Below are positions 9,326 through 17,988 of a stretch of 64,000 bases of DNA, in pieces. Position 1 is the stretch's first letter. Every line of letters starts with the position of its first letter. The notes under the pieces are model-generated. The model was not told the DNA's origin, did no database searches, and saw only the letters and a list, made by a program, of their open reading frames with translations. The position numbers and the translations under genes were made by a program. The DNA is from Candidatus Poribacteria bacterium (GTDB taxonomy: Bacteria > Poribacteria > WGA-4E > JAJDTR01), in contig JAPPIK010000006.1 of the NCBI GenBank assembly GCA_028820655.1, positions 303,154-367,153 of the forward strand. Reading direction: 5' to 3'.

Positions 9326-9437
9326 TCTGTAGGATCAAGCGAGTGAATAGCGAACGCGGTAGAGCTCCAGCAAGTGAGTGAATAGCGAACGCGGTAGAGC
9401 TCCCATAGAACTCCCATAGAGTTCCCATAAAAATCTC
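9326..9437 (+). repeat. repeat family B, internally duplicated copy
   Basis: CAAG(C/T)GAGTGAATAGCGAACGCGGTAGAGCTCC occurs twice in tandem (9336-9368 and 9371-9403), followed by three CATAGA(A/G)(C/T)TCC-like units. Confidence 0.7.
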
Positions 9438-9503
9438 ATTGCTAATCTTCTGCAAACCTTAAAAATCGTACTTTTCAAACAGGCTCTAAAGGAGTGCTGC
9501 CAG

Positions 9504-9839
9504 ATGTTTCAAACTTCCATGAGTCAATACGACACCCCGATTCTTCGAGTTAACGGCAAAATCATCGGCAATACCGTTGATTCGCTGCGTCACGAGATGA
9601 AGGCGCAGATTGAGCAAGGCGGGGGGCGTTTGATTCTCGATTTGACAAATGTTCCGTTGTTGGACAGCGCCGCCCTAGGCGCCATTATCGCGACATTGCA
9701 GGCGCTAAAAAAGAGTGATGGCAGACTGGTAATTCTGAATCCGCAAGAAGCCGTTCAAAATGTGTTGGCGGTTACCAGATTAGACACGGTGTTGGAGATT
9801 TATCAGGATGAGGCGGACGCCGTCAGCGCCTTCAACTAA
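9504..9839 (+). CDS. STAS-domain anti-sigma-factor antagonist (SpoIIAA/RsbV-like)
   Basis: 111 aa. LILDLTNVPLLDSAALGAIIATLQAL...GRLVILNPQEAVQNVLAVTRLDTVLEIY has the conserved D-S phosphorylatable position. Confidence 0.85.
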   Translation: MFQTSMSQYDTPILRVNGKIIGNTVDSLRHEMKAQIEQGGGRLILDLTNVPLLDSAALGAIIATLQALKKSDGRLVILNPQEAVQNVLAVTRLDTVLEIYQDEADAVSAFN

Positions 9840-9854
9840 GGCTAAACCGGAATC

Positions 9855-12140
9855 ATGCCGAAACGTATCTCTTTCAAAATGGGCTTGCGGGCACAGCTTG
9901 TTCTACTATTCTTGCTAGTCTCGTTTATCCCTCTGCTTATCGTCGCATTTCTGGCGCGAGAGTTTGGCGTAAGAGCGCTCGAGAAGACAATTGGCGAGAA
10001 TTTGGCGCGTCTCGCACAGAAGAAGCTGTATCAAGCGGATTACAACATTTCCACCCCATTGAATGCTCTTCGGGGAGAGCTTAATAGCGTGCGCGATAAC
10101 GTTGTAGCGGCATCGATCTCCCCAAATGACACGGCAAGTCAACAGCGATTGATGCACAAACTGAAACGACTCGAGAATCTCGCCGGTCCACGAAGCGATA
10201 TAATCATCACCAATTCACGGGGGTTGGTAATCGGAGCCAGCAACCCGCGCTTGCATCATCGGAAAATCGATGCGGACTGGTGGACGCGCGCGTACAATGA
10301 AGGCGTCGGATACGAGTATGTTGATGACCTTCAGTATGACGCCGATATGAAGGTCCATGTCCTGCCCGTCGCTTTTCCCATCCTCGCCGCCAGAGGCGCC
10401 GGAGTCGTGGGTATCTTGAGAGCCGTCATTACACTTCCGAACTTCCCAGATGCGGTTAGAGCAACCCAAGGGCAGGACGGTACGGGGCTAGGACTTGAAG
10501 CTGTCCTTATGACTGCACACGGTCGAGTGATCACATCTTCCGCTGAGAATAAATACGCGTTCAGGGAGCATATTGAGATGACCGATGCGGCGATGGAGGC
10601 AATTAACAGCGCAATAACCGATGACCAGTTCGCCGAGTTTTCCGGCTACGAGAGGGAAAGCGGAATCGACATACAGCGCGACAAACGGGTATACGGATGG
10701 GCACGAACGGATAACTGGCGTGGGGAGTCATGGAAAGCGAATCAAAACTTTACCGATTGGACGGTTCTGGTGTCACAGCCGGAGTCCGTGGCATTCCGCG
10801 AGATGAATCAACTGACCGAGAGAATACTTACGTTTACACTGATTTCGTGTGTTATTGTCATTCCGATCGTATGGCTGGTTTCGCGGCGTATCGTAAAACC
10901 GATAATGCGCATCGCACGCGCATCGCGCGCCATAGGACAAGGCGACTTTGATCATCACGTCCCGGTTACGAGCAACAATGAAGTCGGTGTGCTGGCGCAA
11001 GAATTCAACTCAATGCGCGACGACCTTAAACATGCGATCGAATTGATGACCAAAGAAGAAAAAAAGATGACCGCGATCGTGAATAGTCTGGCTGAAGGAC
11101 TGGTTCTGGTAGACGGTAATCATCGGGTACTTCACATCAACCCTGCCGCCGAGCACCTGCTAAACGTCGGAACCGACCAAGTCGGCGAGGAGTTAACGTT
11201 AATCGTGCAGGATCTCACGTTAGCCAGGACGCTCAAAGAAAGCGAGGGACCAATCTCCCTCAATGAAACCGTAAACTTGGAAGTTTCTTTGGATCAGCTA
11301 GGCGAAACCACTACACTTCGTATAGTTGCCAGTCCGTTTCTTGATGAGGAGGGAGCCGTTCTTGGAACCGTATATGTTTTTGACGACATCACGCGCGAGA
11401 AGGAAATTGACCGGATGAAGTCCGATTTTGTTTCGCTGGTTTCTCACGAATTGCGTACCCCTATGACTTCCATCATCGGTTTTGTGTCGCTGATTTTGGA
11501 AGGCAAAACGGGACCGATTAATGACAAACAGCGCCGCAGTCTGGTTCGTGTCCAACATCAGGCGGAGCGATTGGCTGCTCTGATTAACGACTTGCTCGAT
11601 ATTTCACGAATTGAAGCCGGACGCATCCAGATGAAGCGGGAGGAAATCTCGGTATCCGAGATAGCCGAACAGAGAATCGAAGAGATCAGTCCGCAAGCCG
11701 ACGAAAAATCAATCGAATTGCGCATGTTTGCGCCCGAATCCCTGCCGCATACCGTTGGCGACCGGGAACGAATCGGTCAGGTTTTTACGAACCTCATTGG
11801 GAACGCTATCAAGTTTACCCCCGAGAAAGGCAAGATCGCCGTAAGAATAAGCGCGGACGGAGCGCCGCCCGGCAAACCGGATAGGACATTACATATCGAA
11901 GTGATTGATACCGGAGAAGGGATTCCCATCGATGAACGGGAGCGAGTGTTCAACCGATTCCATCAGCTTGGAAACGTCAACACCCGTCAAGAGGGCGGCT
12001 CGGGCTTGGGACTGTCGATAGTGAAGAGCATTGTAGAATCACACGGCGGATCTGTATGGGTCGATGACGGGTATGAGGGGCAGGGAAGCAATTTTCAGTT
12101 TACTCTGCCGATCGAATCGACAAAGGAAGTTGGCGCCTGA
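9855..12140 (+). CDS. sensor histidine kinase (two TM segments, extracytoplasmic sensor, HAMP, PAS, HisKA, HATPase)
   Basis: TM1 LVLLFLLVSFIPLLIVAFLA and TM2 ILTFTLISCVIVIPIVWLV. HAMP ...IARASRAIGQGDFDHHVPVTSNNEVGVLAQEFNSM. H-box FVSLVSHELRTPMTSI, N-box NLIGNAIKFTP, G-boxes DTGEGIP and GGSGLGLSIV. Confidence 0.92.
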   Translation: MPKRISFKMGLRAQLVLLFLLVSFIPLLIVAFLAREFGVRALEKTIGENLARLAQKKLYQADYNISTPLNALRGELNSVRDNVVAASISPNDTASQQRLMHKLKRLENLAGPRSDIIITNSRGLVIGASNPRLHHRKIDADWWTRAYNEGVGYEYVDDLQYDADMKVHVLPVAFPILAARGAGVVGILRAVITLPNFPDAVRATQGQDGTGLGLEAVLMTAHGRVITSSAENKYAFREHIEMTDAAMEAINSAITDDQFAEFSGYERESGIDIQRDKRVYGWARTDNWRGESWKANQNFTDWTVLVSQPESVAFREMNQLTERILTFTLISCVIVIPIVWLVSRRIVKPIMRIARASRAIGQGDFDHHVPVTSNNEVGVLAQEFNSMRDDLKHAIELMTKEEKKMTAIVNSLAEGLVLVDGNHRVLHINPAAEHLLNVGTDQVGEELTLIVQDLTLARTLKESEGPISLNETVNLEVSLDQLGETTTLRIVASPFLDEEGAVLGTVYVFDDITREKEIDRMKSDFVSLVSHELRTPMTSIIGFVSLILEGKTGPINDKQRRSLVRVQHQAERLAALINDLLDISRIEAGRIQMKREEISVSEIAEQRIEEISPQADEKSIELRMFAPESLPHTVGDRERIGQVFTNLIGNAIKFTPEKGKIAVRISADGAPPGKPDRTLHIEVIDTGEGIPIDERERVFNRFHQLGNVNTRQEGGSGLGLSIVKSIVESHGGSVWVDDGYEGQGSNFQFTLPIESTKEVGA

Positions 12141-13366
12141 TGGCTCAAACAATCTTGGCAGTCGATGATGATCTCGACATACTTGATGTGCTGGAAATGA
12201 GTCTGGATTCCGACGGGTTCAATGTGATTACCGCCAGCGACGGGTTGGATGCCATCGAGAAGGCAAAATCGCACGTGCCCGACCTCATCCTGTTGGACCT
12301 GATGATGCCGAAGATGGACGGATTCGAAGTCATCGACAATCTTAGGACGGATTCGCAGACTCGCGCCATTCCTGTCATCATGCTTACGGCGCGTTCTCAG
12401 GTTCACGAGAAACTCCAAGGCTTGGACGCCGGCGCCGATGATTACGTCACCAAACCGTTCGATCTGAAGGAACTTACTGCGCGGATAAAAGCCGTTCTCG
12501 GGAGAACCGAACCGGCAAAATACATAAACCCGCTGATCGGGGCGATGGGGGATTGGTTCAGCGAAACCGGAGTTGAACAACTGGCAGCACACCTGAAAAC
12601 GGCGGCTACCATTCAACAGCGGCTTTTGCCTCAAGCGCCTCCCCGTCTCACGGGATTTGACATCGACGGGATTCTGCGCAGTTCCACCTCGGTCTCCGGA
12701 GACTTTTACGATTTCATACCTCTGGACGATGGTTCTCTGAGTTTGGTCATAGCCGACGTTCGCGGGAAGGGAATCCCGGCAGCGTTGTTGATGGTAATGA
12801 TTCGGACCGCGTTACGTCTGGTTTGCCGCCAAGAATCATCTCCCGCTGCCGTCATAAAGAGCATTAACGATCTTCTCGTTATTGACACGGAACCCGATCT
12901 CTTCGCGACTATGGTCTACGGGATTTTGGATCCCAAAAGCCTGACATTCACCTACTCAAACGCCGGGCACTGCCACCCGCTGCATTTGACGGACGCGAAG
13001 GCTCACAAGAAGCGAATCTTCGGAGTTCGGGACGGGACGTTGAAAATCCATCAACTCAGTACCGGGGGAATGGTGGCGGGCAGTTTTGATTTTGCGGAGT
13101 TTGAAAACGAAACCGTTCAACTGGCGGTCGGGGACACAATTCTCTTCTATACAGATGGCATTACCGAAGCAGAGCGTGATACAGATAACGCTTTCTACGG
13201 TGAAGAACGGCTGCAGGATGCCATTCGCTCCAGCAGAGATATGTCCGCCGCGATGATCTGTAAGACAATTGAGGATGATCTTATGCACTTCATAGGAAAG
13301 AAGCAGCAGACCGACGATCTCACTCTCGTTGTCGTTAAAGCAACCACTGACGTAGAAGAAGATTAA
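12140..13366 (+). CDS. response regulator receiver fused to PP2C (SpoIIE/RsbU-type) serine phosphatase
   Basis: ATGA overlap with the kinase stop. REC: ILAVDDD...DLILLDLMMPKMDG...PVIMLTA...GADDYVTKP. PP2C: VSGDFYDFIPL...ADVRGKGIPAAL...NAGH...LFYTDGITEA...TDDLTLVVV. Confidence 0.9.
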   Translation: MAQTILAVDDDLDILDVLEMSLDSDGFNVITASDGLDAIEKAKSHVPDLILLDLMMPKMDGFEVIDNLRTDSQTRAIPVIMLTARSQVHEKLQGLDAGADDYVTKPFDLKELTARIKAVLGRTEPAKYINPLIGAMGDWFSETGVEQLAAHLKTAATIQQRLLPQAPPRLTGFDIDGILRSSTSVSGDFYDFIPLDDGSLSLVIADVRGKGIPAALLMVMIRTALRLVCRQESSPAAVIKSINDLLVIDTEPDLFATMVYGILDPKSLTFTYSNAGHCHPLHLTDAKAHKKRIFGVRDGTLKIHQLSTGGMVAGSFDFAEFENETVQLAVGDTILFYTDGITEAERDTDNAFYGEERLQDAIRSSRDMSAAMICKTIEDDLMHFIGKKQQTDDLTLVVVKATTDVEED

Positions 13367-13371
13367 ACGCC

Positions 13372-13863
13372 ATGGGAAAGGCAGTATCCGACAGTAGCCC
13401 CAAGGTAAATGTGGAGGTGTCCACCAGGAGAAACGCACTGGGGAAGACAACCGACCAAGTTATCCATCTTGATCTGCCCAGTTCAACACAACTCGTATAT
13501 GTCATTGATGCTGTCATTTCGGAGATCGCAAGTGACATGGGTTTTGACAAGGAGGAGACCGAGCAAATCAACCTGGCGGTAATCGAAGCGGCTATGAACG
13601 CCATCAAACACGGGAACGGCGAGGATTCGAGCAAGAGAACCCGGTTTGAATTTATCTTGAACCAGGAACAACTGACCGTTGTTGTCGAAGACCAGGGGGT
13701 TGGTTTCAATCGCGACAATGTGGCTGATCCGCTCGATCCTTCAAATCTTCTCAAAAGCAGTGGCAGAGGCATTTTTTTGATGGAAACCTGCATGGATTCG
13801 GTGACATTTGAGGCGTCTGGAAGAATTGTCAGAATGGTGAAATTAAGGTCCGCCACCGATTGA
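13372..13863 (+). CDS. anti-sigma regulatory factor-type Ser/Thr kinase (RsbW/SpoIIAB-like)
   Basis: 163 aa. LAVIEAAMNAIKHGN (N-box), VVVEDQGVGFN (G1), SGRGIFLMETCMDSV (G2). Confidence 0.85.
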   Translation: MGKAVSDSSPKVNVEVSTRRNALGKTTDQVIHLDLPSSTQLVYVIDAVISEIASDMGFDKEETEQINLAVIEAAMNAIKHGNGEDSSKRTRFEFILNQEQLTVVVEDQGVGFNRDNVADPLDPSNLLKSSGRGIFLMETCMDSVTFEASGRIVRMVKLRSATD

Positions 13864-13921
13864 CTTTCTTTTGGCAACGCCGGATTTAGGCTAAAGATTT
13901 CATTGCCTTGAGGAGATTCTA

Positions 13922-14272
13922 ATGAATGTCGGCATCCGCCGTAAGGAAGGGGTAACAGTTTTAGACATTGAAGGGAGAGTTATCGGATCCGAAAGCTTCG
14001 CGCTAAAAAGTATTATCGATGATGAGATTCGTAGCCTCCAAGACGGCGAGGTGAAAATGCTGCTAAACATGGGGCAAGTGCGTGCGATGGACAGTTCCGG
14101 CCTCGGAATCATCATTGCCGCCTACACATCTATCCAACGCAGGGGCGGACGAATCGCCTTACTGAATGTCAGCGGGAACATCAACAGTCTAATCGTGGTG
14201 TCGAAACTTGTGACCATATTTGACAGATATGATGATGAAGAGAAGGCGATTCTATCGTTTCATGAAGCCTGA
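13922..14272 (+). CDS. STAS-domain anti-sigma-factor antagonist (second copy)
   Basis: 116 aa. LLNMGQVRAMDSSGLGIIIAAY...GGRIALLNVSGNINSLIVVSKLVTIFDRY has the canonical DSSGLG phospho-serine motif. Confidence 0.88.
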   Translation: MNVGIRRKEGVTVLDIEGRVIGSESFALKSIIDDEIRSLQDGEVKMLLNMGQVRAMDSSGLGIIIAAYTSIQRRGGRIALLNVSGNINSLIVVSKLVTIFDRYDDEEKAILSFHEA

Positions 14273-14360
14273 TCGGTTTCTATGCCGGTTTGAGAATGGA
14301 AATCTGTGCCGCGATTCGTCCAAAATCGTAAGATGATAATCTTAATTCCCGGAGACGCTT

Positions 14361-15179
14361 GTGAATTCAGCAACAGAAATTAAAGAGAGCCCCGACGGGT
14401 TATGGCACAAATGCGACGGTTGTGATGAACTTGTGTTCAGGCAAGCGTTAGAGCGCAATCTGTATATTTGTCCCTCTTGCGGATATTATCTTCCCGTTCC
14501 GGCAGAACAACGGTTGAACCAGATATTTTCAACGAATTCATGGATAGATCTTTTCCCCGACTCTGCGCCTCAATCATTGCTCGAATCTCTGGATTTGGCA
14601 GACCTGGTTTCCCAAACCGTCTGCCCGGACTTGCCGGAACGCGTTATAGCCGCCGGTGAGGGAGAGATTTCAGGTTGCTCGACCATTCTCACTGTTATAC
14701 ACCCCCTTGCGCCCCCGCAGCGATTGCATTTCGTCACGCTGCTGATTGCGATCCGAACCGCTTTGATGAAGGCGCTTCCACTGATAGCCGTTTATTCAAA
14801 CGATGCGGTGTCCAAGATGATTGCGGCAGATGAGCCAACCGCCCCCGAGTTGTCGTTCGCCGAAATCACCTACCTTTCAACCGAAATGGCGAAACTATCG
14901 GAAACGCGGCTCCCGCAGATAACCGTGCTGACAGACGCAAACGCCCGTTCGCTATCAACGAGGTTTCCAATTGGAGACATCATCCTCGTTGAAGATTCAA
15001 ACTCGTCAACCGGAGTATCGGAACGCCAACCGCCCATCACGGACGCACGGCGGAAGGCGGAAAGCCGTTCGGTGTCATTGAACGGAGAGGCGTTCGTAGA
15101 TCACTACGTTCCGCGCGAGGCGCTTCCCGAAACTTTAGGCAACCTGCTCGGTTTCTTTGCGAAGACGCGAGGAACCTAG
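14361..15179 (+). CDS. AccD-like protein (carboxyltransferase beta homologue) with intact zinc ribbon and degenerate catalytic motifs
   Basis: GLWHKCDGCDELVFRQALERNLYICPSCGYYLPVPAEQRLNQIF aligns with E. coli AccD [44 protein letters not shown]. Colinear later blocks are PQITVLTDANARSLSTRF versus PYISVLTDPTMGGVSASF. Where AccD has GGSMG and SGGARMQE, this protein has PPQRL and SNDAVSKM. Confidence 0.7.
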   Translation: MNSATEIKESPDGLWHKCDGCDELVFRQALERNLYICPSCGYYLPVPAEQRLNQIFSTNSWIDLFPDSAPQSLLESLDLADLVSQTVCPDLPERVIAAGEGEISGCSTILTVIHPLAPPQRLHFVTLLIAIRTALMKALPLIAVYSNDAVSKMIAADEPTAPELSFAEITYLSTEMAKLSETRLPQITVLTDANARSLSTRFPIGDIILVEDSNSSTGVSERQPPITDARRKAESRSVSLNGEAFVDHYVPREALPETLGNLLGFFAKTRGT

Positions 15180-15284
15180 ACCATGAGTCTGTAAGCAAAT
15201 AAACACAGGAACCCGTTTGAAGATTTATTGGCGGCTCCGGGATTTATCCCGTAATTGCGCCGCTCGTGATTGGAATTTGTGCAA

Positions 15285-15316
15285 GAAACCGAGTTTTTTC
15301 CTGAAAACCCGGTTTC
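15285..15316 (+). repeat. hairpin repeat family A, sequence-variant copy
   Basis: GAAACCGAGTTTTTTCCTGAAAACCCGGTTTC has the same architecture and T-rich loop as GAAATCAAGTTTTTTCTTGAAAACTTGATTTC, with changes on both arms that keep pairing. Lies downstream of the AccD-like gene. Confidence 0.6.
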
Positions 15317-15424
15317 TGCAGGAAGCCCGCTATAGATTGAAGCCAACTGTCGGCAGTCGGGATTTCCTCCTACCGGTGAAATTTAATATTCAACGAAAGG
15401 AAGTGTGTTCGTCACGCAAGACCA

Positions 15425-16045
15425 ATGAACAAACTTACGCAACCCGCAGCGGGAATCATATCGCTTCTGCTCGTATCGACGATCTTCGGCTGTTCCGCCC
15501 TTCAAACCGTTCAGATCGTTCCACAATTTGACGCGGAGGCGGTCATCCTCCCGCAGACCGGCACCGTCATTTATGAGAAAAACGGCATCACGGCGATTGC
15601 TGTACCGTTGAATGACGTGAAAGCGGTTGATGCATTCGGTATTCTGATGTTTAACCAAACTGGTAATTGGATCTCGTTCAAAGCGAAAGATTGCCAATTG
15701 CTGGATCAGGCTGGTAACATCACAAAGCCGATCGACAAGTCTCAGGAGTCGTTCTACTTGGGCAAAAATTTTAAGCCGAAGATGCCTCCCGAATTTACGA
15801 TGGAACTCTTTAGGCATGACAGCACACTTCGCGCGGCGGGCAGTTCGGTCGCGCTTCCGCGAGAAGACATAGAGAGAACAACCATTATGCCGAATCATCG
15901 GACGCAGTTCTTTCTTTATTTTCGCAAGCGAAGCATTAAATCGACAAGTCTACGCGTCATCGTGCCGAAAGTTAGCAACGACTTCGAAGATACCGAAACC
16001 ACATTTGTCTTCAAGTTTGAAGTCGTCAAAGGTTCCCTCAAATAA
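15425..16045 (+). CDS. hypothetical lipoprotein
   Basis: Lipobox LLLVSTIFGCSA near the N-terminus. TAATG stop/start junction with the next gene. No family recognised. Confidence 0.6.
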   Translation: MNKLTQPAAGIISLLLVSTIFGCSALQTVQIVPQFDAEAVILPQTGTVIYEKNGITAIAVPLNDVKAVDAFGILMFNQTGNWISFKAKDCQLLDQAGNITKPIDKSQESFYLGKNFKPKMPPEFTMELFRHDSTLRAAGSSVALPREDIERTTIMPNHRTQFFLYFRKRSIKSTSLRVIVPKVSNDFEDTETTFVFKFEVVKGSLK

Positions 16046-17133
16046 TGTATGCGAGATGGTACTCGTTTCTGTGTCTTATTGTCTTTCCCATAATCGCGAG
16101 TTGTGTCTCACCGCGTGAAGTCGGCAACCAGTCCGTTGCTGATGGGAACGCGATTCCCGGCGATCAATCAAACCCATCCCAGCTTATTCGAAAGATTCCC
16201 TCGCCTCAAATAGTCCCGTCCACGCGCATTCCACCCTCCCCGCAAATACTCGGCGTAAACTATGTCGGCGCAATCGGCGGCCCCGGTCAAGGCGCCGGGC
16301 AGTTTATTCAGCCGCTCGGATTGGCATTGGACCGGCTCGGGCATTTGTACGTCGCCGATTCGGGAAATAATCGTATCCACGTCGTCGATTTTGACGGGAA
16401 TTTCATCACGGAATTCGGCAGCCGCGGATGGCGCATCGGAGAGTTTGATCAACCGACCGCCGCCGCCATCAATTTTCAACGCACTGAGATTCTTTATGTC
16501 ATCGACTCGGGAAACAGCCGGGTGCAGTATTGCAATCTCGTGGACCGAATTTTTCATCTCATGCTGGGCGATTACCCCGAAGGTGACTCCGGAAACTTGA
16601 GCACGAGTGCGCATATTGAGCTGGATCTGCCCTACGGCATCGGAATCGGTCGGAACGGAGAAATCTACGTTGTCGATACCGGAAACAACCGCTTTATTCA
16701 GTTCGATAGCGAAGGCCGCCCTATCCTGATTCGCGGAAGTTTCGGGGGCGAGAGCGAACAGTTTCGAGATCCGACCGACCTCGTTGTCGACCCCTATGGG
16801 AACATCTATGTCGTTGACTCGGGCAATCACCGGGTCAAAAAGTATGACTTCAGCGCCAATCTTGTCCAAATGTGGGGCGGTGAAGGATCGGCGCGCGGGC
16901 AGTTCCGAGATCCGAGCCAAATCGCCTTGGATCGTTGGAACTCACTCTATGTCGCCGACCGCGGGAATCGACGCGTGCAAATCTTTACACCAAACGGCGA
17001 ACCCCTGACGGAATTCGGGAGCGATACACTCGTTGAACCCGTGGGCATTGCCGTATCCAGAGACGATCACGTTTTCGTCAGCGATTCCGCTACCAACGAC
17101 ATCAAGGTATTTCAAGTAATCTTTCGCCCCTGA
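16045..17133 (+). CDS. NHL-repeat beta-propeller protein, secreted or lipoprotein
   Basis: Signal/lipobox-like LCLIVFPIIASC. About six repeats of the G.F..P.G.A.D..G..YV.D.GN.R... type (e.g. GQFIQPLGLALDRLGHLYVADSGNNRIHVVD, GQFRDPSQIALDRWNSLYVADRGNRRVQIF). Confidence 0.85.
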   Translation: MYARWYSFLCLIVFPIIASCVSPREVGNQSVADGNAIPGDQSNPSQLIRKIPSPQIVPSTRIPPSPQILGVNYVGAIGGPGQGAGQFIQPLGLALDRLGHLYVADSGNNRIHVVDFDGNFITEFGSRGWRIGEFDQPTAAAINFQRTEILYVIDSGNSRVQYCNLVDRIFHLMLGDYPEGDSGNLSTSAHIELDLPYGIGIGRNGEIYVVDTGNNRFIQFDSEGRPILIRGSFGGESEQFRDPTDLVVDPYGNIYVVDSGNHRVKKYDFSANLVQMWGGEGSARGQFRDPSQIALDRWNSLYVADRGNRRVQIFTPNGEPLTEFGSDTLVEPVGIAVSRDDHVFVSDSATNDIKVFQVIFRP

Positions 17134-17147
17134 CCCGGAACCACCCC

Positions 17148-17304
17148 GAAATCAAGTTTTTTCTTGAAAACTTGATTTCTTTCCCCCACCCACCAACACT
17201 TGTAGGAGATCAAGGGAATGGATAATGACTGCGATAGAGATCTTCTCCAGGTCGCGACTCCCCAAAACCGCCGAACCCGAGTATTTTCTTGAAAACTTGA
17301 TTTC
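17148..17304 (+). repeat. composite repeat: family A hairpin, family B segment, second partial hairpin
   Basis: GAAATCAAGTTTTTTCTTGAAAACTTGATTTC (17148-17179), CACTTGTAGGAGATCAAGGGAATGGATAATGACTGCGATAGAGATC..CCAGGTCGCGACTCC, then TTTTCTTGAAAACTTGATTTC (17284-17304). Begins 15 nt after the NHL gene stop. Confidence 0.75.
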
Positions 17305-17482
17305 TTTCCATCCCAATCGGGGTTTCTAACCCACCCCTCAAACCGTACTTCGCTCTCACGGTGCCATTCGACAACCATCAATCTCTTCTCATGCTATGCC
17401 CCCGTACCTGCAATAATCTAAGAAAGATTACACATCCAGCGAACCTTTGCCCTATCGCCTACGAATATAAGGGTAAAGGGCA

Positions 17483-17985
17483 GTGGATCAGCCTCAAGTG
17501 GCAGACCACCTGTTGGTGAAACGCATTCAGACCGGCGATCAGAACGCGTTGGGCATTCTTTTCACTCGGTATGAAGCGGTATTTGCGTCCATTATCAGCA
17601 GAGAGATTGGCAAGTCGGCTGACGCTCCCGATGTGTTGCAAGAGATACACCTTGCAATCTGGAAGAGCATCGGCTCGTTTGAGGCGCGGCGCTCGCTAAA
17701 GGCGTGGATCTCAAGAATCGCGCGCAACAGATGCGTAGATTACCGGCGTTCCACCCAAAGGCGTCCTTTGCCGGTTGGGATGGTGCCGCTCAACCCAACT
17801 TACGGATGATCGCCCAGCCGCACGCTTCAGCAAAATCAACCGCGATTCCCGTGTCCCCCTCATTCTCTCGTGATACAGAATCGTCTGCTTAGACATCCTC
17901 CGTGAATCATTTCTGCTCATAAGGTGTTATAACAAGCAACCGCTCGACGATATCGCCACGGCGTTTACTCTTTCATCCAGATTCG
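17483..17985 (+). pseudogene. ECF-type sigma-70 factor, frameshifted and decayed
   Basis: Region 2 is intact in the listed frame (ILFTRYEAVFASIISR...DVLQEIHLAIWKSIGSF...LKAWISRIARNRCVDYRR) and then stops. A region-4-like stretch (LDILRESFLLIRCYNKQPLDDIATAFTLS) reads in a different frame at about 17889-17975 and runs into the next gene start. Confidence 0.55.
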
Positions 17986-17988
17986 GAG

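Noticed and set aside
12095-13877. Minus-strand ORFs 12095-12634, 12956-13450 and 13335-13877. Similar cases are 22757-23326, 23576-24076, 27554-27937 and 6550-6930.
   Set aside because: All are antisense to well-supported plus-strand genes (REC-PP2C, RsbW-like, NYN protein, NtrC-like, mnmG) and have no recognisable motifs.
15217-15531. 104-aa ORF downstream of the AccD-like gene, and the 85-aa ORF at 20743-21000 upstream of the heptose kinase.
   Set aside because: The first runs through a family A hairpin and overlaps the lipoprotein gene start. The second has no RBS, motif or compositional support. Both are left unannotated.
16168-16920. 250-aa minus-strand ORF opposite the NHL-repeat gene. 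Also 28138-28623, 28792-29601 and 29076-29402 on the plus strand opposite the 48-aa-repeat protein.
   Set aside because: These are antisense to genes with clear repeat and domain signatures. Their compositions are typical of mirror frames (Arg/Ser/Pro-rich).
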